From: a bacterium | GTDB lineage: Bacteria; SAR324; XYD2-FULL-50-16 | Length of the DNA stretch: 41,974 nt | Assembly (NCBI GenBank): GCA_032250835.1 | Contig: JAVVEA010000023.1 | Coordinates: forward strand, 1 to 41,974 | Direction of reading: 5' to 3' | Shown: positions 1 through 9,900 of the stretch, piece after piece | Layout of the letters: every line of letters starts with the position of its first letter | How positions within the stretch are numbered: the stretch's first letter is position 1 | Translations under genes and position numbers: made by a program | Notes under the pieces: generated by a model | What the model was told of the DNA's origin: nothing | What the model saw: only the letters and a program-made list of their open reading frames with translations | Database searches by the model: none

Positions 1-442
1 GCGCGGTCTGCTCGGGGTCTTCGAGGTGCGCTAAGATCAAGGAAATGGTCTGGGGGTGTTCGTTCATGATGAACCCGGCGATCACCTTGGGCTCTAACCA
101 CTTGAGGCTGTCGAGGCCTTCTTCTTCGGTGCTGGACTTTAGGTTGTCCACCAAGTCTTTGGCGCGGTCGTCGCCCAAGGCCCGGCTGATGGCGTTTTTG
201 ACGAAGTCGCCCGAGGCGTTGATCGCTACACCCTGGTCCTGTAGAGCCACCTTGCGGTAAAACTCTTCTAAGACGTTGTCTAATTCTTCGGGGGCCACGT
301 CAGTGAAACGGGCCATGTAATAACCCACCTGTTGGATCTCGCGGTCCTCTAGGTTTTTGATCACCTCCGAGGAACCTTCCTCGCCCAAAGCCAGCAACAA
401 GATAGCCGCCTTTTTGGGGCCCGTCAGCTTGCCAACCGCCAT
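1..442 (-). CDS. fliG: Flagellar motor switch protein FliG (5' part; runs off the left edge)
   Basis: Not in the ORF track. Manual translation from ATG at 442-440 gives MAVGKLTGPKKAAILLLALGEEGSSEVIKNLEDREIQQVGYYMARF...FIMNEHPQTISLILAHL. KAAILLLALG and EHPQT are FliG signatures. Confidence 0.95.
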   Translation of the reverse strand, partial: MAVGKLTGPKKAAILLLALGEEGSSEVIKNLEDREIQQVGYYMARFTDVAPEELDNVLEEFYRKVALQDQGVAINASGDFVKNAISRALGDDRAKDLVDNLKSSTEEEGLDSLKWLEPKVIAGFIMNEHPQTISLILAHLEDPEQTA

Positions 443-535
443 GTATTACCTGAACGTATGGTTATTTTGTCTTTGAGGCCTAGACAAGGCGGAGAGAGAG
501 CCTCTCCTAAGGAATAGAATACAAGAAATATTCCC

Positions 536-940
536 TTAGTTCAGCTGAAGGTCCGGGAAAAGCTTATTGAGTACTTTGGTGAGGTTGGCTTTTAAGACCG
601 GCTTGACTAAATATTCTTGGCAACCGGCGTCAAAGGCCCGTTTGATCTGCTCGCGGTCGTCTAAAGCGGTGATGATCACCACCTTGGCTTTTTGTTCCCC
701 TTCGAGCTTGCCTTGCCCTTCTATCTTGCGGATTTCCTGTAGGCATTCGATCCCGTCCATTTCCGGCATCATCAAGTCCAACAGGATCAAGTCGTAGGGC
801 TCGCCCTTTTCGTGGGCCGTCTTAAACTGGGAAAGGGCGAAGAGCCCGTTTTCCGCTAAGTCGCAGCTTGCTGTTTTCTTTAAAAAGTGAAACAGAGCCA
901 GCCGGTTTTCGATGATGTCGTCTACGATCAGTACCTTCAC
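536..940 (-). CDS. Single-domain response regulator (CheY-like REC)
   Basis: KVLIVDD, LILLDLMMPEMDG (phospho-Asp), IITA and YLVKP motifs; no output domain; GTG start with GAGG upstream. Confidence 0.9.
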   Translation of the reverse strand: MKVLIVDDIIENRLALFHFLKKTASCDLAENGLFALSQFKTAHEKGEPYDLILLDLMMPEMDGIECLQEIRKIEGQGKLEGEQKAKVVIITALDDREQIKRAFDAGCQEYLVKPVLKANLTKVLNKLFPDLQLN

Positions 941-1179
941 CCAAGCCTCTAATGGAGGTGTATTACTCGCTTAAGCTTAAAGGTAAACAATTCGGTCCGC
1001 CTTGACTAGGGATAATTGAAACTAGACGCACCACCGTTCGACTGGTGGGCTTAGGTGGACTTAACTTAACCTGAATTAACGGCCTAAACCTTACGCGGCC
1101 CCGCCTTTGCACTTACTTTAGAACAAAGGGCCGCTCCGGTGGGGGGTGCCTAGAATAATATTTTCAATAAATCAATAAG

Positions 1180-2067
1180 ATGAAGGGAATCTTAAAGGCC
1201 CTCGCTCCTCTTTGGGGGCGGTTGATTTTGCCGGTATGTTTGGCATTGTTGCCGGGTGTCGCCCACGCACAAATGGGATTAGACTTTTTAGTGCAGGAAA
1301 GTCGTTGGACCATTGATGCGCTGTCGGAACAAAAATCGGCCTCCCAAACAGGCGCTTATCTATACTTTCCGCTTGGCCCTTGGGCCTATTTGGAAGCCTC
1401 GCACGACGAAACGACCATTGAGTTCAAAACTGCCGACCCCTTCAAGAGAGGCGACAACGCCGGCGTCTTGAGCCTGCTCTTGGGGCCGATGACGCTATAC
1501 GGTGGGCAGCATCAGGTGGCCACCGAAACCTCGTCAATTCAAGGCGGGAAGTCTTCGGTAGTGGGAGCTGAATTATTTGATATCTTACATCTGACCTTGC
1601 GCTACGAAAGTTACCGGACTAGCTATCCTGATTTTCCATTGAGCGATCAGGCCGGGATAACGGGCCTAGAATTGAGCCAGTCATCACCGATGATTGGGGT
1701 TGCGTTGTTTGAGGGGCTGTTGGATTTGGAGGTCCAGCGCGACGTTAGCCAAACCAACGATAGCCTAGGCCTGGGTCAAACCGAGTTTGTCAGCACCCGC
1801 CAAGCTTTACGCCTGACCTTTTATCCTTGGCGATTTTATGCCTCTAAGTGGAGCGGGGAACGCCTCTTTTTTGCCTCTTCAAAGGGCTTGTATCTGAACA
1901 GTATGGACCTTTTATATAAGGGTGGAAACCAAGGCTCCTTTACCTATTACGGCTTCGACTGGGTACATATTGGCTACACCCGCACGGTCGAGACCTTTTT
2001 GGAAGCTCCCCAGGGTGATCCTTTGACCGCCCATATCGATACCCTCAGTCTGACCCTCCGTTTTTAG
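1180..2067 (+). CDS. Exported protein, probable outer-membrane beta-barrel
   Basis: Signal peptide ending AHA-Q, alternating amphipathic aromatic-rich strands, C-terminal beta-signal LSLTLRF. Confidence 0.65.
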   Translation: MKGILKALAPLWGRLILPVCLALLPGVAHAQMGLDFLVQESRWTIDALSEQKSASQTGAYLYFPLGPWAYLEASHDETTIEFKTADPFKRGDNAGVLSLLLGPMTLYGGQHQVATETSSIQGGKSSVVGAELFDILHLTLRYESYRTSYPDFPLSDQAGITGLELSQSSPMIGVALFEGLLDLEVQRDVSQTNDSLGLGQTEFVSTRQALRLTFYPWRFYASKWSGERLFFASSKGLYLNSMDLLYKGGNQGSFTYYGFDWVHIGYTRTVETFLEAPQGDPLTAHIDTLSLTLRF

Positions 2068-2177
2068 GCCCCGCCGAAAAATGTCCGGTTGCTTAAGGTT
2101 TTAACTATCGGATAATAAACAGCAATAAAAGTTTCCTCCCTCCTGGCGACCGGGCCTTGTCTGAAGGCTTCTGGTGA

Positions 2178-3056
2178 ATGTCCCATTTTTGGGCTGGGGC
2201 CTCTCCTAATGGGGCGATAGTCTGGTTTCGAACCCCTTCGAATCGCCAGATGCCCCCCAAGGACCCACCCAAATCGGACCCGTCGCTCGCTAGCCTGAGT
2301 CTACCCGATTTTGCTTTGATGGCTGAATGGGCGGCAATGTGCAGTTCTAGGGCAGAAATGATGCGGCTCATCTCCCATTTACAACCCCCTTTGGGCTTCG
2401 AAGGCTGGCAAATCTCCTGGGTATTGTCGAACAAACAAGGCGAGGAGGAGCTACTGCAAGTTTCGCAATTACCCCAAGGGTGGAGCGAACGCCAACGAAG
2501 CCTGGACTTTTTTGTTATCGATGACTATTTGACCCAGCAATTAAAACGCCCAAGAGCCTGGGGCGTACAAGTCTGGGAAAACCGGAACTTTGTTAAGGAA
2601 CCTTTGCTGCGCCCGAAGCCTAAGAAAAATGAGGGGCCCGGCGAGGAGGAGTCAGCTTTTAATGCCGAAGAGTTGCAGAGTCTGCGCCGGGGATTTAGCT
2701 GCGGTCTGATGGGCGCTCTGGAGCAATCGATGCTCTTTTGGGCTTACGGAGCCCGTTTGGATTTGGGCGGCGGGGCCCGGCGTATACTGCAACAAGCAAC
2801 CCCGATTTTGTACGTCGCCGCCGAACGGCTTTGGGCGGCGCAGCGGAAAAATTATCTGCCCTATGGGCAGTATAGGGTCTTAGAGTTACAGTCTTTGGGG
2901 TTGAGCAAACAAGAGGTAGCCGAAGATATGGGGATCTCCCCCAGCACGGTCAGCTACCATTTGACCCGCGCCTACGATACTTTAGACGCCCACAACACAA
3001 ACAACGCCATCTATAAAGCCTCCAGATTGGGGTTGTTCAATGACACGGACAGCTAG
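2178..3056 (+). CDS. LuxR-family regulator with autoinducer-binding-like N domain and LuxR HTH (start could be 2250 or 2319)
   Basis: C-terminal VLELQSLGLSKQEVAEDMGISPSTVSYHL is a LuxR HTH. N-terminal LPQGW...VIDD...QVW...RRGFS follows the PxxW/DP/W/G pattern of AHL-binding domains with substitutions. Confidence 0.8.
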   Translation: MSHFWAGASPNGAIVWFRTPSNRQMPPKDPPKSDPSLASLSLPDFALMAEWAAMCSSRAEMMRLISHLQPPLGFEGWQISWVLSNKQGEEELLQVSQLPQGWSERQRSLDFFVIDDYLTQQLKRPRAWGVQVWENRNFVKEPLLRPKPKKNEGPGEEESAFNAEELQSLRRGFSCGLMGALEQSMLFWAYGARLDLGGGARRILQQATPILYVAAERLWAAQRKNYLPYGQYRVLELQSLGLSKQEVAEDMGISPSTVSYHLTRAYDTLDAHNTNNAIYKASRLGLFNDTDS

Positions 3057-3206
3057 GTCCGGCTGAGCATTTTTCCTGGAAAAGGTCGGCTGGGAGCCCC
3101 TGCCTGAGGGTTTCAAATTCGGGCAAATACCATTCCAAATATAGGCCTAATGGGCAGTGTGAAACAATAGGACGGCGTCAAACGAAGCTCTGACTCTGTC
3201 AAGGAC

Positions 3207-3253
3207 CCCTGTATTATTGTGCAGGGGGCACTGTGGTTTTTCATGGCTATGGT
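3207..3253 (+). promoter_or_regulatory. lux-box-like palindrome (3207-3226) plus -10 element TATGGT (3248-3253)
   Basis: CCCTGTATTATTGTGCAGGG matches 14/20 positions of ACCTGTAGGATCGTACAGGT, including the CCTG-N10-CAGG core; 21-nt spacer to TATGGT; lies directly downstream of the luxR gene. Confidence 0.7.
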
Positions 3254-3311
3254 AGGGCCTACTATCTGTCACTCTATTTTTAGGCCACTACCACTCTAAG
3301 GGTTCGTCTCT

Positions 3312-3551
3312 ATGAGTATTTCGCTAATTTTAAAGGAAGTGCGTGAGGTACGCGAAGAGTTGCGACGGTTGTCGCCATCGGCTTCGGATGCCAGTCCTGA
3401 CGATTTGCGGGAGCTGGTGTTGAGGACGCTGGGCCATTTAGAGCAGCTCTTCGCGCGCCAGCACGAACAAGAAGGTGGTAGTACCTTGATCGAAGGGCTC
3501 AGCGAAGTGATCAGCAAAGCCCAGATATCGGTCTCCCGTTTGCGCCCTTAA
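3312..3551 (+). CDS. Small helical/coiled-coil hypothetical protein (79 aa)
   Basis: ATG with AAGGG upstream; amphipathic helices (LKEVREVREELRRL, LRELVLRTLGHLEQLF); sits behind the lux-box promoter. Confidence 0.65.
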   Translation: MSISLILKEVREVREELRRLSPSASDASPDDLRELVLRTLGHLEQLFARQHEQEGGSTLIEGLSEVISKAQISVSRLRP

Positions 3552-3660
3552 AATCCGCTACTGGGGCCTTGAGCTGTAAAGGACTGGGACCTAGCCTAGT
3601 TGGTCCCGATACCCCCCCCTGAAAAGAAAGCGCCCCTCGGCTCCCAACCTTTCCTTAGAA

Positions 3661-6600
3661 TCAATAAGGCGCAGCATGGGGGAGGTTGAAGGCTTTATCA
3701 AAGGTCTCGATCACCGCCTGTTTGTTTTGTATGTTCTTCTGGTCAAACTGGGCCATCTTCTGCATCAAGTCCAACAGCGCCTGCTGCTGGCCTAGGGTCA
3801 GAAGCATTTTGAGTTCTTCCGCTAAGCGCCCAATGTTTTTGTTTAGTTGGGACCCCGCCGAAAGGAAGCGGGTCAGGTCTTTTAAAATCAACGTAAAGGT
3901 CTCATCCTCGCTGCCCCAGCGAGATTGCCAAGCAGCGTCTAGATATTCGGTGCAAACTCGGTATTCCTTACTGCTGACTTCGCCATCTATGGCCGCCACC
4001 AAAGCGCCGCAAAAAATCGTTTTCTTGAGGTTTTCCAGGTTGTCATAGCGGACCGCTTGACCCGGTTCATGAGGCGGCAACAGCCGCTCTAAGAAGGCCA
4101 AACGCAGTTCCCGGTTGAGGTCTTGTTCCTTGCGGGCTTGGTTAGTCAGGGGATGGTGTGTCTCAAAACTGTTGTGGTTGACCCAGACCCAAAGCTTGAC
4201 GTTTTCCGGCTGGATGTCGTGCTCGGAAAAAAAAGTCTCTAGTTCTTGATGCAAGGACTTGTCGGCGTAAAATTCCTTATAGTTTTGGTGGTAATACTTG
4301 GCCTTGGCGTGGAACTTAGGCACCGAACGTTCCTCGACCATCAAACTGCCCAAATTGTTGCGGAATAAAAGACTCAACCCACCAAAGTGCAAAAGGTTGA
4401 CGAACAAAAAGACCTCAGTAATCTGCAATTTCTCTTGCAAACAGGCCCGGTAATCAACCTTTTGTTGCGGGAAGAAGGCTTGGATTTGGCGCATCAATTG
4501 TTCGATCTGGCCGGGCTGAACATAGGCTAGGTCGTTGTCCATCTCATCGCCCAAGTCCATATGGGTGCCCACCAGCTCTAAGGAGGTGAAACTTTCCTTG
4601 AGCGTTCCCTTGTTGACCACGCCGTAATAGCCGTTGGCGATACAATGGGCCAAGCCTTTTAAGAAACTACTATGGTCGATCAGGTCCGTTTCTTCGGGCA
4701 GGTGAGACAGGAGGTCTTTCTCGCCGCCGAAGCCCCTGACGGTATGTTTTTGGAAGGCTTTAAAAAACCAACCCCGGCCCTTTTCAAACCCCGCCAAGAC
4801 CCGGCCTCTAGGTACTTTAAGGTGCTGTAAGATGGTTGGTTGGATGACGTTTTCTTGGGGCTCGAAGTTCTTTTTGTAATAGTGGTACCAGATCAAAAAT
4901 TCCTGGTTCAATTCCCGTTCGTCTTGGATACCCAAGTCGTCTAGACGCTTGGCGATACGGTTGATGCAGCGCTTAAAAATGCGCCGCATGGCCTGCTCAA
5001 ACTGGGTCACTTCGCGGATGTCGCCGATGCTGATGTTATCTAATTCCCTTCGCTGCGAGCTACCTTGAGGGAAAGCGAGGTCTAAGAAACGGTGCAAAAC
5101 TTTTTGCCGGTGGGTCTCGGGCTTGCTTAGGCCGAAGACATCGGAAATCCGCACATGCAGCGCAAAGGCCAGGTCGAGGATATGGCTGATCTCTATCTGC
5201 TCCGCCTCATTTACGTCAGGAATCTGTTTTTCTAGGTAAGCGATTTTGAGGGCTTTGTACCTGACCCACCAGGGGTCATAAGCAAGGTGGGGGAAGTCTT
5301 TTTCTAGCTCTAACATGTTCTTAGGCAAAAAGACTTCTTTAAAGGCCCCGGTATTGATCCGGTCCACCAACTCGTCCATCCGCTCGGGGACTTTGATTAG
5401 CTGGATGATGGTGGCGCGCATGGAGGTGTGCAGCAAGGTCTCGTAGCGCATCAAGTTCATCATCGCCTTGGGCAGATTGCCGCTAGAGGCTTTAAAGGCT
5501 TCCCAATAGATCGCGCCGTTGTGGCTGCCCACGTAGTCTTGGGTCAGGTCCGGCGTGCGGCCTTGGTCACTGACTAGGTTTTTGTATTCGCCGAAGAGCG
5601 GATCTAAGAGCCCAAAACGCATATAGTCCACCAGCTTGTCGTATTGCTGGTCGTTATTGGTCCTGCGGTCGAAGAGGAAGTGGCTGGGCATGACGGGCGT
5701 AAAATAGACGCCGGGCATCAAGGTATCGTAAGTCAAAATCAATTCGTAGGCCGAGCCGGAAGACTCCTTGGATTCCAAGGTGCTGCGGAAATTCCCTTGC
5801 TTCATGTCTTCGTCAGACATGGGGAACAGCCAGATTTCCGCACTGGGGTAGCGGCTGGCGACATAGGCCTGGATGCGATCGATTTTTAGGCGCAGGGCCG
5901 CTTCGGCTTCAGCGTTGGCCTTTTTGTTGTTCAGGCGGTTGGCGGTGTTGTAAAGCTTGATCGTTTCGTTGATCAATTGGGTGCGCAGCTTCGGGACGGG
6001 GCTCTGGCTCAGGCGGGTGATCAGGTCCACCTCTTTACTGATGAACTGGGCATAAAGCAGCGGGTAGGCCTGCTGGAGCCGACGGCGAGCCAATTGCTGG
6101 ATCTTTCCCGCCATGTTGGGGTTTCTGGTCAGCTGTTCATTGCTGATTTTATTTTGTTTTTGGACTTTCCTGGCAATGAATTTAAGGGTTAGGCCCAACA
6201 GCGACTTTAAGTTTTCTTCATTGAGGCTGCTAATCTCTACCAAGAACGGCTCGATCCGGTAGAGGACTTGTAAGTCCAGGTCTGAGGCTAGTGCCTTGTG
6301 CCCGATGGTGCCGATCGAACCAATCGAGAAGATCCCCATGATAGGGTTATGCCCACCGCTGCCCGGCAGGCTGCGGACCTCGAAGGTGGAACCTAAATGC
6401 TCCATCAACTCGGACTTCATGGGCTCGCCCATCGCGTCTAGTCCCGCAACCCCGGCGGGGGCACCCGGGACATAGAGGTCCGCGACCTTTTCGACTTCCT
6501 TTTCTTTGTAATCGATCACTTCTTTGGTGCTATAGCGCACCTCTGAAAGTGAGGGATCGTTGATGTGTAACAGGTAGATGATGTCGAACAACGCCTGCTT

Positions 6601-6843
6601 CATGGGCGCGTCAAAAGACGAAAGGGCTAGCTCTAACCGGTTTTGGTTGTAGGCTGCAAAGCGCTTCGCGCCCTGTTCGGCGCTGCTGAGTAGCTGCTCG
6701 CGGAGTTTTTCGGGAAGGTCGAGAGGAGGCGCAAATAGGCTCGAAAGACTGGCTGCTTTGGGTGCAGCCGCCTTTTTGGTCTTACCCTGGGCCGCCGGGG
6801 TAGGAGCCTTTTTTTTGGAAAAAATACCTTTGAGCGCCATCAA
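3661..6843 (-). CDS. cyaA: Class I adenylate cyclase-like nucleotidyltransferase with C-terminal TerB-like domain
   Basis: GIFSIGSIGTIGHKALASDLD resembles the class I AC pol-beta motif (E. coli GSTSSVGQ..SDLD); ESSGSA, PKAMMNL and DPW blocks follow in the expected order. The C-terminus ALVAAIDGEVSSKE...LLDLMQKMAQFD fits TerB. Confidence 0.75.
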   Translation of the reverse strand: MMALKGIFSKKKAPTPAAQGKTKKAAAPKAASLSSLFAPPLDLPEKLREQLLSSAEQGAKRFAAYNQNRLELALSSFDAPMKQALFDIIYLLHINDPSLSEVRYSTKEVIDYKEKEVEKVADLYVPGAPAGVAGLDAMGEPMKSELMEHLGSTFEVRSLPGSGGHNPIMGIFSIGSIGTIGHKALASDLDLQVLYRIEPFLVEISSLNEENLKSLLGLTLKFIARKVQKQNKISNEQLTRNPNMAGKIQQLARRRLQQAYPLLYAQFISKEVDLITRLSQSPVPKLRTQLINETIKLYNTANRLNNKKANAEAEAALRLKIDRIQAYVASRYPSAEIWLFPMSDEDMKQGNFRSTLESKESSGSAYELILTYDTLMPGVYFTPVMPSHFLFDRRTNNDQQYDKLVDYMRFGLLDPLFGEYKNLVSDQGRTPDLTQDYVGSHNGAIYWEAFKASSGNLPKAMMNLMRYETLLHTSMRATIIQLIKVPERMDELVDRINTGAFKEVFLPKNMLELEKDFPHLAYDPWWVRYKALKIAYLEKQIPDVNEAEQIEISHILDLAFALHVRISDVFGLSKPETHRQKVLHRFLDLAFPQGSSQRRELDNISIGDIREVTQFEQAMRRIFKRCINRIAKRLDDLGIQDERELNQEFLIWYHYYKKNFEPQENVIQPTILQHLKVPRGRVLAGFEKGRGWFFKAFQKHTVRGFGGEKDLLSHLPEETDLIDHSSFLKGLAHCIANGYYGVVNKGTLKESFTSLELVGTHMDLGDEMDNDLAYVQPGQIEQLMRQIQAFFPQQKVDYRACLQEKLQITEVFLFVNLLHFGGLSLLFRNNLGSLMVEERSVPKFHAKAKYYHQNYKEFYADKSLHQELETFFSEHDIQPENVKLWVWVNHNSFETHHPLTNQARKEQDLNRELRLAFLERLLPPHEPGQAVRYDNLENLKKTIFCGALVAAIDGEVSSKEYRVCTEYLDAAWQSRWGSEDETFTLILKDLTRFLSAGSQLNKNIGRLAEELKMLLTLGQQQALLDLMQKMAQFDQKNIQNKQAVIETFDKAFNLPHAAPY

Positions 6844-6915
6844 ACCATCCCGAAGTTAAGTCTTGGGCGAAGATAGCACTACCCGGACCTTAGATCAATC
6901 GCCAACCACCCTGAA

Positions 6916-9900
6916 CTACCGGTCTCGCGGGCCTACCATCACAAATGCGGACCAAAAGTAGGGGTGGGACCATTGTTCTTGAGCCAAAAGTGCTAACTTG
7001 GCGTCGCGTAAGGACTGACGAGCGTTTTCTCCCTTGCGCAGGTTGCCGTAAAAATCGGTCATCAAGTTTTGGGTGCCTTCGTCGGATACGGGCCAGAGCG
7101 AGTTGACCACGGAGCTAACCCCTGACTCTTGGAAACTGCGGCGTAAGCCGTAAACCCCTTCGCCTGCTTGGATTTCCCCTACCCCGGTTTCGCAGGCCGA
7201 GAGCACCACCAGTTCGGTGCCATACAGTTCTAACGAAAGAACCTCTTGGGCGGTCAAGACCCCGTCATTGTCGCCATCGATGAGCCCCAAGAAAGACGCA
7301 TTGGCGTTGACTCCAGCAAAGGCCAGTCCCGCTCGAAAGAGGGGGTTATCGCCCGGAGGTGGGGTGGACAGGTTGCCGCCCCGTTGCATTGAAGTCAGGC
7401 GCTTCTTGAGCCGCTCTTCAGGCTTTAAGAAAAAGCCGTGGGTAGCGATGTGCAGATAGCGGGGGGCGGGCCCCTGTAGCCGGTGTAGCACTTGTTCTTC
7501 GGCTGCTTTTTTGATGAACATCTCCGTCTTGCGGGGGTACATCTTTTCAATCAATTGCCCTTCGGCCTCGGCACCGTCCAAGGGATCAAAACTCAAAGAG
7601 CGCAAGCCCTTGGCTGAAACGGCCAAGGCGCTACGTCTGCCACTGTGGGCTTGGGGAACATCGGTCAGGTTTTCGACAAAATAATCCGGCCCGGCCATGA
7701 TCATCAACTCTTGGCTCGGAGGGGCGGGCGATTCTAAGACCAAGTCCCGCGCCGAACTGAGGATGCGGATTCCCTGGCTCTCAATCAGGAATTTTCCGTC
7801 CTCGTCGATCATCGCATCATAGGGCAGTAGATACAGCGCATCTTCGGGCACCACATACAGAGCAGGTTTGTTGGCTACATATTGCTTCAGCGGGCTGTAA
7901 ATGGCTGCGTAGGCATCGGTCGCCGCCAGCTCCATATCTTCTCTGGCGGCATATTCGTCTTGGATCATCTCACGCAAGAAGTTGACCGCCGCCCGGAGCT
8001 TGTCAACCGGCCCCAGGTCCACCATTCGGGCGGTCGGACGCCAGCAGGTGAAGAAGCCGATGCAGTTACTTTTTTCCTTGGATACCACCAAAGCCATCAT
8101 GCGAGGCTCGTCTTGGTCCTCATAATAGACGTAGTCGATCAGCGCTTCGTCGGCATTCAGGCTGTTGAGCAGTTGGTCGGCGCTGACCTGCACCTGCTTG
8201 CGGGCAAAGGGCGCACTCTTGGCGCCTAGCTCGCGTTCCAGCTCGTTGATGTCGTTAACTAGCTTGCCCATAGAGAGCTTGAAAGCCGCCGGGTCTTGCC
8301 CTTCGGAACCGGCCAGGGTCTTTTTGGCTAAGCGGCGCTTTTTTGCTTGAAGCTTGAGGGCGATTTGGCGCAGTTCTGGCTGGTCGGTCATGCTTTGCAC
8401 TTTGGTGATCGCCGAACTGATCTTTAACAGCAAACCCTTGCGGTCCAAGCTGGCCTGAAGCGCGAGCAAGGCGTGTTCCTGGCTGGGGTGCGCGGCCAAA
8501 AGACGGTAGAGGTTGTAAAGTTCCTGCTTGTGTAGCTCGATGTAGCCGGCACGGGTGTTTTCGCCTGCCGCCCAGAGAACCCGGTTATAAAACTCGTTGC
8601 GGCGCTTAAAGACCTCTTGCAGAGTGGCAATGGCCCCTTGGGGGTCCTTTTGGGCCTCTTGGATTTTAGCCTTAAGGTTCAGCGCTTCAAAGGTGTAAGG
8701 GTGCGCATCGCCCAAGGTCAGGGCGGCTGAATCCAAAGCTTTGTTGACCAATTCCATGGCCCCATCGCGGTCGCCTCGTTGCAGCTTCAAGGAAGCATAG
8801 TCGATACGGCTACGGACCGCATCGGGGTGGTTTAGGCCCAAAACCTTTTCTCGGTCCCGTAAGGCGGCAATAAAGAGAGGTTCGGCAAGGTCTAATTGGT
8901 CTTGGTAAGCGTAGACGCGGGCCAAGTTGTTTTTGGCTTTCAAAGTCCTTTGATGCTCCTCGCCCAGCGTTTCTTTCCAAATCCCATAAACCCGCTCGAA
9001 GCGTTCCTGGGCTTTGGGGTATTCGCCGGTCACCAGGTAGAGGTAACCTAGGTTGTTGCTGATCGCTAAGCTGGTCGGGTGGTCATTGCCCAGATTGCTA
9101 GAAGCCGCGCTGAGTGCCGCCGAATAGGTTTGTAGGGCTTTGGGGAAGACCCCCTGACTTTCGTAAAGCATCCCTAAGTTGTTGCGCAGGCTGTAATAGG
9201 TGGGGTGGTTTTTGCCCAGCACCTTCTTAGCCATGTTGGAGGCTTCGATATAAAGGGGTTCTGCCTCTTCAAAAAGGCCTTGGTTTTCGGTCAGTAGCGC
9301 TAAGTTGTTGATGATCGCTAAGACCTCGGGGTTTTCTCGGCCCCAAAGGCCTTCGGCCAACTTAAGAGCCTCTTGGTAATGTTGGCGTGAGTCGTTCCAA
9401 TCGCCCATCAGGCGCTCGACCCCAGCCAAGTTATTGAGGTCGATCAGGTATTGTGGGCTGGTTTCGCCATATAGCTGGCCGTTGACGGACAAAATCTGCG
9501 TGAACAGTTCTTTTGATTCAGGGTAACGACCTAGGTCCTGTAAGAGCTGGGCGCGGTAGGGAACAAACTGCCAGTAGGTGGGGTCTGCTTCCGAGGTGAG
9601 GGCGCGGATCTGGCCCAGCGCTTGGTCCAATTCGCTTTCGGCGGCGCTTAAATCACCCGCTTTGCGGTGGGCTTCGCCCAACTCAGCCAGGGTGATCCAG
9701 GGCGTGACCACCTGATCCCCCAAAATGCGCTTTTCGTCATCCACCAACGGGAGATAGGTTTTGATGGCTAGCTCATATTTGCCCATCGCGGTGTAGACCT
9801 GACCCAGCCGCTCTCGGGCCAGTAAATACTCGGGGTCTTCTAGTTTGTCTTGGTGGCGTTTGAGGGCCGCTTGCAGCGCCTCTTCGGCTTCTTTGTGTTT

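Noticed and set aside
1005-1150. Possible c-di-GMP-I riboswitch (GAAA..GACGCA, GGCCTAAAC, GGGTGCC fragments) upstream of the barrel gene
   Set aside because: The fragments are too far apart, GGCAAA and GCAAAGC are missing, and P2/P3 stems could not be built. An Rfam RF01051 scan would settle it.
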